Source: Nitrosopumilus sp.
GTDB lineage: Archaea > Thermoproteota > Nitrososphaeria > Nitrososphaerales > Nitrosopumilaceae
Length of the DNA stretch: 64,000 nucleotides
Direction of reading: 5' to 3'
Assembly: GCA_965223425.1 (NCBI GenBank)
Contig: OZ245003.1
Span: 256,001 to 320,000, forward strand
A program made the position numbers and the translations under genes. The notes under the pieces were generated by a model. The model saw nothing but the letters and a program-made list of their open reading frames with translations, did no database searches and was not told the DNA's origin. The number at the start of each line of letters is the position of its first letter. Position 1 is the first letter of the stretch. Below, one piece after another: positions 31,723-41,474 of the stretch.

Positions 31723-32768
31723 GACTCTACTGCATATCGCAGTAATGAAATTATCCCACCTAGGCCTGTAACCCTTAAACCAATATCTGTAGACGAGTCA
31801 ACACTGTAAATTTTCACTCCCCTGCCCTCAGAATCATTTAGAAAACCTATCATTCTTTGTTCATCATCTTGTATTGCTTTGTCTGAAAATACCAGAGACT
31901 CTACTGCGCCTAATTGATTTGCATTAAATGTTTCATCAAATCCCATAGTAAATTTCCTGCTCTTCTTGTTTGCAAGTAGCATCACTTCATCAATAATTGC
32001 CGATACCTTTGCCAGCTTGCTGTCTGACATTATCTCCCTCATTGTTTGAGATTTTGTGAATGTGTAGATTCCATCCTCCCCGCCCGAATCAATTCCTTCA
32101 ACGACTTGAATCTTGCATTTTTCGACATTCTGTGATTTTTGGATGAAATTAGCAAATCTTTTTTTTGTCTCGCCTGGACCAAAGACTACCATTGTATCTC
32201 CCTTTTTGAGTACAGTTGATGTGGCCTGTTGCACTTGTTCAAAGAACTTTTGAATGTTGAAACTTGTCTTGTATCTCTTTCCGCCAGAGCCTGAATAAAT
32301 ATTTGGAATAAATTCCAAGTGTGTTCCCCTCAACCTTGCAATTCCACAATCTCCAGTATCGATTGCAACAAGCAAAAAACCCGTTTGATTGTTGTTTGAT
32401 TCTAGAATGCTCTTTTCAATCGGCAGCCATCTTTTTTTTGAAATTGTTATGCCATCATTGATTTTCAGAATAAATGAATGATGAGATCCGTGTGGTACTG
32501 ATTCATTACTTGACTCAGAAATCGTCCCCCCAATTCTTAGCCTGTCCAAGACATCATCAAGGGAAATTTTTTCTGCAGTTAATGCAATTCTGACTTTGAC
32601 CCTTTCGCCCTTGTCAGGTCTTGAGTAGTCTTTGTCTTGTTTTAGAACTCGCGTTGTATCCCCAATTATTTTGTCATCTTCCTTAATTATGCGACGTAGG
32701 CTCAAAAGATCATCGGAATCTTCTGGTATCACGGAAATTGAATTTTCATCAATAATCTTTGTAATCAT
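31719..32768 (-). CDS. pelA: Pelota/Dom34 mRNA surveillance protein
   Basis: PEDSDDL, DRLRIGG, GSHHS, GLGGIISLLRY. Confidence 0.9.
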   Translation of the reverse strand: MITKIIDENSISVIPEDSDDLLSLRRIIKEDDKIIGDTTRVLKQDKDYSRPDKGERVKVRIALTAEKISLDDVLDRLRIGGTISESSNESVPHGSHHSFILKINDGITISKKRWLPIEKSILESNNNQTGFLLVAIDTGDCGIARLRGTHLEFIPNIYSGSGGKRYKTSFNIQKFFEQVQQATSTVLKKGDTMVVFGPGETKKRFANFIQKSQNVEKCKIQVVEGIDSGGEDGIYTFTKSQTMREIMSDSKLAKVSAIIDEVMLLANKKSRKFTMGFDETFNANQLGAVESLVFSDKAIQDDEQRMIGFLNDSEGRGVKIYSVDSSTDIGLRVTGLGGIISLLRYAVES

Positions 32769-32801
32769 GATATTTTTTTCAGTATACAAAAAGAAAAGAG
32801 T

Positions 32802-33236
32802 TTAGCTTGTAACTTTGCTAGTATTTTGTTCTTCGGATTTTTTCCTTAGATAGTTTTCAACCCAGTCCAAAGTTAGAACGCCTGACTCTGCCAGATTTGT
32901 AAGAGAGTTTGCAGAAGCTTCTCCGGTTACTTTGCCGTTATTTCTCCTCAATTGGCGCCATTTTAGGGACGTATTTCCACTTTTTGAATTATAGATTACT
33001 CCAAGTATGTCCCTTGCGTTTACAAACGTAATGTCCCTAATTTTTTTCAAGGTCACTTTATCGGCTGCCTCCACATAAATTGATCCCAAACTGTCCTCCC
33101 TTTCAGCAAACACCTCAAAATCTTCCAAATAACTTCTTGGCGCATAAGATTTGCATGTGCTTGAAATGACAAATCTTCGGAAACTTTCCACTGATGCGGG
33201 TGTGTCAATTGCAACCATTTTGAATGATTGAACCAT
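32802..33236 (-). CDS. Hypothetical protein (core-like)
   Basis: 144-aa ORF co-oriented with pelota, host-like composition. Confidence 0.7.
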   Translation of the reverse strand: MVQSFKMVAIDTPASVESFRRFVISSTCKSYAPRSYLEDFEVFAEREDSLGSIYVEAADKVTLKKIRDITFVNARDILGVIYNSKSGNTSLKWRQLRRNNGKVTGEASANSLTNLAESGVLTLDWVENYLRKKSEEQNTSKVTS

Positions 33237-33293
33237 TGGCCATTTATCAAGCTTCTTGAAAGACTCAATAGGAATCTGTGAGAAATATGGCTT

Positions 33294-33360
33294 GCGGGCC
33301 GTGATGAACCTATCCCTTTGAAATGATGATGATGATGAGGATCTTGAGTTCTGAGCCTGC
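33294..33360 (+). ncRNA. Box C/D sRNA candidate
   Basis: Terminal stem gcgggc/gcctgc; C box GTGATGA (33301); internal ATGATGA; D box CTGA (33351). Confidence 0.7.
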
Positions 33361-33396
33361 CTTAGGATTTTAATGGACGGCTTGCTTGAGTACTGT

Positions 33397-33816
33397 ATGA
33401 AATCTCTAACTGAACGCCTGACATTTCATGTCAAAACAAGAAGAGCCTTTGTCAATATTACTCCTGATATTAGAAAACTGGTTACAAAAAGTAAGATTCA
33501 GGAAGGACTTTGTCTTGTAAACGCAATGCACATCACTGCCAGTGTCTTCATAAATGACAATGAAAGCGGCCTGCATAAGGACTATGAAAAATGGTTAGAA
33601 GGGCTAGCGCCACACGAACCAGTTGATCAGTATGATCACAACAAAACCGGTGAGGACAATGCAGACGCTCACCTAAAACGACAAGTGATGGGGCGAGAAG
33701 TGGTTGTTGCTATCACTAATGGCAAATTAGATTTTGGTCCATGGGAACAAATTTTCTACGGTGAATTTGATGGAAAACGACCAAAGAGAGTTTTAGTTAA
33801 GATAATTGGCCAATAG
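33397..33816 (+). CDS. yjbQ: YjbQ/UPF0047 family protein
   Basis: [32 protein letters not shown]. Confidence 0.92.
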   Translation: MKSLTERLTFHVKTRRAFVNITPDIRKLVTKSKIQEGLCLVNAMHITASVFINDNESGLHKDYEKWLEGLAPHEPVDQYDHNKTGEDNADAHLKRQVMGREVVVAITNGKLDFGPWEQIFYGEFDGKRPKRVLVKIIGQ

Positions 33817-33820
33817 TCTC

Positions 33821-33985
33821 CTATCCAAAGTCTGCATCGCGTTTTTGACTTTGTGACTCATTTTGTCTTGCAGCTGCTCTGAACTCCTCATCGTGATTTT
33901 GAGGCCCATGTCCACATTTTACACATGCTATCTTGAACCCATCATCATACTTTTCATATGTCTCACATCCACAAAAGCATGCCAT
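33821..33985 (-). CDS. Small Cys/His-rich Zn-binding protein (54 aa; not in ORF track)
   Basis: MACFCGC...CVKCGHGPQNH... Confidence 0.6.
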   Translation of the reverse strand: MACFCGCETYEKYDDGFKIACVKCGHGPQNHDEEFRAAARQNESQSQKRDADFG

Positions 33986-34033
33986 ACTTGATGCAGTTTC
34001 TCAGATGATATATCTTTTAGGATGAAACTTTAC

Positions 34034-34486
34034 TTAAGCAGATTTGCAGCATTCGCCAATTGGAATATCATGATCGTGTGGGCATTTTCTTGGATGCTTT
34101 AGCATTGTACAGAGAGCATCTGTAAACTGCTTGTTCATGTGATGCTCAATTCCACATACCATCTCCTCGTCAATTTCCACCTTTAGTGCGCTATCCATGA
34201 GTACTTCTAGCAATCTGCTGTTTCTCATCATACTTGCCCCGATTGTTTGGCCTTCCTCTGTGAGTTTTACCCCTGCCTTGTTGTAGTTGACCAAATTTTG
34301 ACTGTTTAACTTTTTGAGCATTTGTACCACACTTGGCTGTCTGACATTGAGCATCTTGGCAATGGTGCTAATTTTGACATCTTCCCCCCTTTCTTTGATG
34401 TGCCAAATCGCCTTGAGATACATCTCTACGTGCTCTGCTTCTGCGGTTCCTACAAATAGAGTCTCTTCACTATCTAGTATGTCCAT
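34034..34486 (-). CDS. DtxR/MntR-family metal-dependent regulator
   Basis: EMYLKAI, IAKMLNV..PSV..MLKKL, IEHH, CPH..IP. Confidence 0.92.
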   Translation of the reverse strand: MDILDSEETLFVGTAEAEHVEMYLKAIWHIKERGEDVKISTIAKMLNVRQPSVVQMLKKLNSQNLVNYNKAGVKLTEEGQTIGASMMRNSRLLEVLMDSALKVEIDEEMVCGIEHHMNKQFTDALCTMLKHPRKCPHDHDIPIGECCKSA

Positions 34487-34488
34487 AC

Positions 34489-35256
34489 CTATACCTTCTT
34501 TGAATCTTTTAATAAATATTCAAAGTATTGACGTGCAAATCCAGCTAAACCTGCGTGTTCTGCCCAGATTGCCACAACATCTGAAGAGCTTTCGCCTCCT
34601 ATTTCCGGACCCAAAAGGATTACAACATATTTTTTATCAGATATTATGCCTCCTCCAAACAGCCCTTTCTTGATTTTTATCGTTGCAACTCTTTTGATTG
34701 CCTTGACGTACTCTTTGTCCATTTTGTCTGATGTAAGTATTGTAATGTCTACTCCCTTATCATGAAGTAGTCTTAATTTCGGTAATGCCTGTTTGACCAG
34801 CTCTTCCCCTGCTTCAGGCAATGCAATCATTACTTCGTTTCTACAAGACTCAACCATCTCCAAAATCTTTGCGGCAATGTTGATTGCTCCTGAGAGTACC
34901 CAAATGTCTGGTTTTTCACTGGTTCCGCTTTTCTCATACAGTGGAACCAACTCGTTTAAAATTACACTTTGGTTCTGTAAAAAATCGCTTTCCATCTTTT
35001 GTTTTGTAGTGTCTAGTCCAGTTGATGGCGATTTTGCAAAATATTTTGTCGGCCTTGAATCATCTGACCCTATCCAGCTTTTCTCTTCTAGAGATCCGAG
35101 CACTTCATAAATTTTTGAATATGGCACTCCTGACTTTTGACTGAGTTCTGATGCTGTTAGTTCTCCTGCTTTAAGCAATGCAGAAAATGTTCTGATTTCA
35201 TAGCTTGTAAGACCGACTTTTTCTAGTGCCTTTCTTGTTTTGTCAGATATGCTCAT
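34489..35256 (-). CDS. TrmB-family transcriptional regulator
   Basis: GLTSYE...SGVPYSKIYEVL..LEEK...RPTKY. Confidence 0.92.
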   Translation of the reverse strand: MSISDKTRKALEKVGLTSYEIRTFSALLKAGELTASELSQKSGVPYSKIYEVLGSLEEKSWIGSDDSRPTKYFAKSPSTGLDTTKQKMESDFLQNQSVILNELVPLYEKSGTSEKPDIWVLSGAINIAAKILEMVESCRNEVMIALPEAGEELVKQALPKLRLLHDKGVDITILTSDKMDKEYVKAIKRVATIKIKKGLFGGGIISDKKYVVILLGPEIGGESSSDVVAIWAEHAGLAGFARQYFEYLLKDSKKV

Positions 35257-35372
35257 GCGATCTAGTCGATCAGCTTTCATATTTAAATCAGCCATGCATG
35301 CTTCCTAAATTCCACACGGGGGCAAGTATGAAAGGCATTATATACCAATTCGGAAAAATTCCCAATGTAGAC

Positions 35373-37037
35373 ATGGCTCTGATTCAGATATCTAACCAAT
35401 CAACTAAAAATTTAGGCAAAAAATCTACTATCCGATTCACTCAAAGTATCTGTCCGGACTGCAACATGATTCTGGATGCTGAAGTCTTTGAGAGGGATAA
35501 CAAGGTCTTCATGTCCAAAGTCTGTCCAACTCACGGTGAATGTGAGGAACTGTACTTTGGTTCTTATGAAATGTACAAGAAATTCAGCACGTACTGGATG
35601 GATGGGAAAGGCATGCATGCCCCAAATGTAATGATTGACAAATGTTCATGTCCAAACAACTGTGGATTGTGTTCAAACCACCTATCGCACAGCGGACTGG
35701 CAAACATGATTGTAACTAACAGATGTGACTTGACATGCTGGTATTGCTTTTTCTATGTAAAGAAAGGACTTGAGGGCGCTTACATGTACGAGCCGGATCA
35801 CACTCAAGTTAGAGCAATGATGAAGACCCTAAAGTCTGAAAGACCGATTCCGGGAAACTCTATGCAGATTACTGGCGGTGAGCCAATGCTCAGAGAAGAC
35901 ATTGCTGATGTTATCAAAATTATGAAAGAGGAGGGCGTTGACCATATTCAAATGAACACAAACGGTATTAGACATGCCATGGATCCAGAGGCAGCAAGAG
36001 AGGTAAGACTTGCTGGATGCAACAACCTGTATCTCTCCTTTGATGGCGTAACTGCAAGAACAAACCCAAAGAACCACTGGGAGATTCCATATGCACTTGA
36101 CAGCTGCAGAAAGACTGGAACCACTGTAGTATTTGTTCCAACTGTAATCAAATCAATCAATGATCATGAATTAGGCGGAATAATCAGATATGCCCAAAAG
36201 AACATGGATATAGTCCATGCAGTAAACTTCCAGCCTGTATCCCTAACTGGAAGAATGGGCAAATCTGAACGTGAAAAATACAGAATCACAGTTCCAGACT
36301 GTATTCAAAGAATTGAGGAGCAAACAAACGGTGAGGTAACTGTTGATGATTGGTTCCCGGTTCCAAGCTGCATGCCACTAACTAATGTAATTGAGGCATT
36401 CTCAAGCAAGCCAAAGTACGAGTTGTCAATTCACTTTGCTTGCGGTGCAGGAACATACATCTTTGAAGATGAAGAAACAAAAAAGTTTGTTCCGCTGACA
36501 AAATTCTGTGACATTCAAGGCATGTTGGAGTTATTTGAGGATAAATCTGAAGAGATCCGCTCTGGCAAAAACAAGTACTTTACGATGCTTGAGGTTGTCA
36601 GAAAGCTCAAGGGATTTGTTGATTCCAAGAAGCAGCCGGCAGGGCTGGACTTGGCCAAGATGTTTGGCAACATACTGATGAAGAGATCATTTGATTCAGT
36701 TGGCTCATGGCACGTCAAAGGGTTGTTCCTTGGCATGATGCACTTTCAGGACAAATACAACGAAGACCTGGAAAGACTACAGAGATGTGATATTCACTAT
36801 GTCACTCCAGACCTTAGAATAATTCCATTCTGTGCATTCAACGTGATTCCGGAATGGTACAGGGACAGAATCCAAAAGAAATACTCTATCACCGTAGAGG
36901 AATGGGAAGAAAGAGAGGGAGTAAAGCTAGAAGACGGCCTATACAGAGGCCTAATGAGACGCGGTGCAGGCGACGAGCTTGCCGCCGGATGTGCAAAGAG
37001 CCAAATGTTCCATGAGGCCTCTCAGGCCACGATGTAG
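35373..37037 (+). CDS. tes: Radical SAM tetraether lipid synthase
   Basis: SICPDC..CPTHG, CPNNCGLCSNH, TNRCDLTCWYCF, HFACG, RCDIHY..IPFC architecture. Confidence 0.85.
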   Translation: MALIQISNQSTKNLGKKSTIRFTQSICPDCNMILDAEVFERDNKVFMSKVCPTHGECEELYFGSYEMYKKFSTYWMDGKGMHAPNVMIDKCSCPNNCGLCSNHLSHSGLANMIVTNRCDLTCWYCFFYVKKGLEGAYMYEPDHTQVRAMMKTLKSERPIPGNSMQITGGEPMLREDIADVIKIMKEEGVDHIQMNTNGIRHAMDPEAAREVRLAGCNNLYLSFDGVTARTNPKNHWEIPYALDSCRKTGTTVVFVPTVIKSINDHELGGIIRYAQKNMDIVHAVNFQPVSLTGRMGKSEREKYRITVPDCIQRIEEQTNGEVTVDDWFPVPSCMPLTNVIEAFSSKPKYELSIHFACGAGTYIFEDEETKKFVPLTKFCDIQGMLELFEDKSEEIRSGKNKYFTMLEVVRKLKGFVDSKKQPAGLDLAKMFGNILMKRSFDSVGSWHVKGLFLGMMHFQDKYNEDLERLQRCDIHYVTPDLRIIPFCAFNVIPEWYRDRIQKKYSITVEEWEEREGVKLEDGLYRGLMRRGAGDELAAGCAKSQMFHEASQATM

Positions 37038-37067
37038 AATCTCTAAAGAAACTTGTTATAGTAGCAA

Positions 37068-37238
37068 TTTTTCTATACATCTGCTTGAAAATCTGGTTTG
37101 ATATTCCAACTCCAAAACAATTGTGTATACGCGGTTGGGATTTTATCTCAAAACTGGGATTATGCTTTGTCCACACATCCAAGCAACAATTATACGCGCC
37201 TTGCATCCACATCCGACATTGACCTATGGTGGTAATCT
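37068..37238. repeat. ~170-bp direct repeat, copy 1
   Basis: Near-identical to 46940-47107 (a few substitutions and a 3-bp indel). Confidence 0.95.
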
Positions 37239-38428
37239 CGGTAGCTTGTTGCACAACACGCCTAAAATCCATCACGCAGTTTAAACTGACCAACAAACAC
37301 ATATGTTTCTGACCGAAAAAGCTTTAGATCATGACAGCATGCTCAAAGTGTTGACCGATAATGCAAAGTACGTACGGCGTGGTGCAGAGCTGGTAGTGCA
37401 GTACAACCCTGACTGGAGCTGCGAGGTAGGGCAGGCCAACTGCGGCAAGGAGGGGGGGCCCCGTTCCAGTATGCAGACACCATGATCATATGACAGCCGC
37501 ACTGAGAGCCGCCCTCGGCGTTCCATTCAGGCAGCTGTCCGGGATGGCAGACAAGATGCTTGAGGGGCACAACTTGCCGCACTATACCACGTGTGCAGAA
37601 GAATGGAGAAATTTGACATTAGCATTCACGGCAACGCCATATACGTTCATGATACATCCCGGCACGTAACCCTGGTGGCCGATGCCACCGGACTCAGACA
37701 GTGGAACCGCGGAGAATGGATACGCGACAAGTGGAAGGCGGTGGTGCGCAAGGGATATGTCAAGATGCACCTGCCGGCAGATGCGGACACCGGCATGATA
37801 CTGGCCGCCGTAGTCACAGACGACAGAACCGGCGACTCGCCGGTGCTGCAGGATCTGCCGGATCAGGCAGCAGCCGAACCGTTTGCCAAGACCGGGAAGG
37901 ACGATGCGAGAAGGAGGCCAAACATGCTTGCAGACGGAGTCTCTCCGCTTGCCGGTTCGGCAGGCGGCAAGGAAGAAGAAGGAAAAGAAGAAGAAGTGCC
38001 AAGTGCCAGCCTGCTTGCAGACTGCGCGTACGCCTCCAAGAAAAACATGAATGCGTGCAGGAGGAAGGGCATCGAGCCGCTTGTGCCCCTCAAGCCATGC
38101 CTTGCTGAGAGCGGCAGGGGCGATGACGGCAAGGCGTGGAACCGGGCCGTGAAAGAGCAGCTGGGAGGCAGCGCAGACATGCACGTCAAGGGACGGACGG
38201 CGGAACAGAAAAAGGAGAACAGAAGATACTGGAAGTCGACTGTAGGGTACGGCAAAAGGTGGAGAATAGAGATAATCATCTCCGCATTCAAGCGTATGTT
38301 CGGAGAGCATCTGCTCTCACGCAAATGGGAGGGCATGGTAAGAGAGGCAAGGATGAGGATTGCCATGTACAACAGGTGGGTGGCAGCAGCAATGTAGGGG
38401 AGCAGGTGCATGGATCCTGGGACGAACG

Positions 38429-41249
38429 TAGTGACTAGGATAAATAACCGCTCATCCTTGTTATCTTGACCTCACGTCTATACAGCATTGTCCATATGGA
38501 TTCCTTCATCACCTTTGTGCTTTCATACATCACGTTTGCAGTGGCCCTTCTTAACAGCCTCCACTGCCCCTCCGTGGTATTCAGCTCCGGGGTGTACACG
38601 GGCAAGTAAACAGGGACTATGTCGCCGTCATACGAGTCGACAAAATCATTGACCATCTTTGACTTGTGGTATGATGCGTTATCAAGAAATACGATGATCT
38701 TGCCGTGCTTGAGATGCAGGTGTCCGAGCATGTCCACAAAGCCGTAGCTGTCGGCCTTGGCATAGAACCTGCAGTCAAAGCCTCCGTCGTACAGCGCCCC
38801 AAACGAGTAGAACCTTTTGCGCGACAGGCTGACTGGAGTGGTGACGGGCCTGCCCTTGGGGTACCACCCGTTCTTGGTATTCCACCCAATGATAAAGGAG
38901 GCCTCGTCAACTGTAACCACCGTATGGTCTGGATGGCTCCGGATTATCTCCCCTGCTTTTTTTTAAACTCTTTTTTCTCTGATTCTGAGGCTGACTTGGG
39001 TGCTTTGGACGCGGCTTTCTGCACGAAAAGCCCATCCTGTGCAGTATGTCATATATGCTGACAGTGGCATACTGCACGCCGAACTTTTTTCTGATGTGTG
39101 CGGCCAGCAGCGGTGCCGTCCACACTCCGGACTCAAAGCCGCAACTGCGCGGGCCTGCCAGCAGGTCTGCGCGCAGCTGTTCTATCTGTTCCGGATCGAG
39201 CTTGTTTGGCGCGCCTTTGTTTTTGATGTCGTACCTGCCGTAGGTGCCAAGCTGTGCGGCGCGCACAAGCCAGCCCCGTACTGTGGAATATGACCTGTTG
39301 AGGGCCATGCATATCTGGCGTATGGACATGCCCTCCTTGCGCATGGCATATGCCAGCAGCCTTGCTGCGGCCCTGGGATCTGTCTCCTTTTTTTGCATGC
39401 TGCGCAGGCGCACACTGGAGACGCCGGACAGGAATCTTTTGTCTGCCGGTATTACTATGGAATCGTTGTATTTCATGCGGATTCTGCCATACACTGGGAT
39501 CTAGATCTTGTGGTTGAATAATGTGTAACTATTCGGATTTGTGGAGTTGTGGGGGATTTATTTTGACAGACAAATCACGCCCCGTTATATAGTGACAGTT
39601 CAAAATCGGCAAAAACGCCGCTCAGCCCCATACATGTGTGCGCGATGTTGCGGCGTTTTAGGCACAGACACACTTTACTGCCGCAGCTTTGTCCGGACAA
39701 GCCATGGGAATCCCGTCGGTTCTGCGGCCGTCAAGGCATTCCAGGATAAAACTGTACGGGTTTGCACCGCGCATCCTGCATGTGGCGTATATGCTTGCCA
39801 GCGTCTCTGTGATGTACATGCCCTTCTCGGATCTGCTGCCGTAGCTGACCTTGCGCATGGTGGCAAACATCCTCAGGGCCCTCTCGCTTTTGTTGTTGTG
39901 GTATTCCACGCCGTGCTCTAGAAACGTCAGCAGCTGATCCCCCTCCCTTTTGAGCCTTTTTGCGTACCTCCGGCAGTCCGCATCGTCGTATGACTGCCGT
40001 GCCAGCGCGTCTATCCTGTCCTGCAGCCTTTGTGTGACGTCTGCTGGAACCGCATTACTGTCGTACTTTTCCCGTGCGTCTATGGCATCCTTGAGTATGC
40101 CGTGCAGTCTCTTGAAGAATGTGGCAAACTCGTTACTGCAGCTCTCCTCCAGGGTCTTGTACATGTCCCTGAAATAGTGCAGCAGGCACTTTTGGTGTAG
40201 CAGGCCTACTCCACTCCATGCCAGATACGAGTCCGATATTACAATTCCGTCAAACTCACCTGCCAGTGCCTCTGCCACCTGCTTGCTGCGCGTCGATGAT
40301 ATGTGGTATATCACGCCGTGCGTGGAGACTAGAACCCATACCCAGTAATGCAGTCCGTTGAGAAACCATCCGGTCTCGTCCCCGTATATGGCGCGAGCCC
40401 TGTGAATCATCCCTGCAAGCAGTCCGTCGTAGACGGGCCTCATCTGGCATGCCGCCTTTTCGCACATGGAGACCAGCGTTGAACCCGGGATTTGTATCCC
40501 GTATATCATGTCAAATAGGTCAGTTATCCTTTCAAACGGTATGCCCATGCAACGCATCAGCACTACCTGGGAGATTATCGTGATTCCATACTGAGAGCCG
40601 GACAGGGTGCCGGGTATGCGTGCGGAGTGTGACGTTTTACAGTTCCTGCAGTAGCGGCGCGCCACGCTCCATCTGATGCGGCGCGCCCTGCCGTCCTGTA
40701 TGTCTGTTATGTCACGGTCGTAATCGGTACTGCTGTCTGCAAGTCTGAGACCGCATCCGGGACAATATGAAATGTCTGCGTCCCTGTGATCTGTGACTGG
40801 GATGTCAGTCTTCTGTTCCCTGTCGCGCATCCCGGTATTTTTGTCGCTTTTTGGCCGCGGATATTCCTTGAATTTTCTCACATTGTAGCTTCTTGCCTTC
40901 CTGGCCGGCTTTTGGGTTGCGGATCCTGTCCTTAGCTGCCTGTTCTCTTCTTCCAGCTGCCTGATTGTGTCATTTTGCTGCTTGATTGTATCATTTTGCT
41001 GCTTGACTTTTTCTTCCAACGACTTTCTCTCTCTTCTCTCCTGATCAAACACTGATTTGAAATGCTTAAAGAGATAGTTTGTGTCTTGGTTGTCCCAGTC
41101 TACGCGGGTAGGATCAAACTCCGCCGGCATCACATGTGTGTTCTAGCCGTGATCTTTATCTCTTTCGGCACCCCAAAATTCACTCCAGAAATCCGAATTG
41201 TTACAATAATGTTGTCTGTTTTGTGAGCGATTGTTAATCCAATTCACTA
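38429..41249 (-). mobile_element. IS630-family element (ORFs 38907-39494 and 38435-38920)
   Basis: TA-flanked ends tagtgactagga / rc tagtgaattgga; VDEA, LDNASYH, YTPELNTTE; A-run at the ORF junction. Confidence 0.85.
39525..41204 (-). mobile_element. Intact single-ORF IS66-family element (transposase 39658-41133)
   Basis: TIR gtaactattcggatttgtggagt (21/23); 8-bp TSD aataatgt; CPGC..CRNC, DETGW, SDSY, NNKSERALR. Confidence 0.95.
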
Positions 41250-41330
41250 CGGGATGTGGTCATGCTGAGTTATGCAACACACTAGCCTACATGATCTCAG
41301 GCTTGGGACACACTTCGCTTAGCTGATTTT

Positions 41331-41461
41331 GATTCTAGATGTAGAAAAAACATATTATTCTAGAATTATACACTTTCTAAAAATTGTATAAACGTTCCAC
41401 ATGAAAGAAATACGCGCCTAAAAGATTCTAGACATAGAAAAAACCTTAAATTCTAGATTTA
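41331..41461 (+). promoter_or_regulatory. Two imperfect 38-bp direct repeats, each with paired TTCTAGA sites, upstream of the GHKL gene
   Basis: 41331-41368 and 41424-41461, 31/38 identical; the second covers an A-rich/TTAAAT promoter-like segment. Confidence 0.5.
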
Positions 41462-41474
41462 AGCTCATTTTGCA

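Larger units (their letters stand above)
37242..41284 (+). mobile_element. IS5-family element (transposase remnants 37303-38397) hosting nested IS630 and IS66
   Basis: Ends tagcttgttgcacaac / rc tagtgtgttgcataac; ADATG, YVKMH, LADCAY, YGKRWRIE motifs. Confidence 0.8.

Noticed and set aside
37915-38030. Fifth duplication-plus-filler scar (MLADG...LLADC) in the IS5 transposase
   Set aside because: Only about 11 bp are identical; too degenerate to support.
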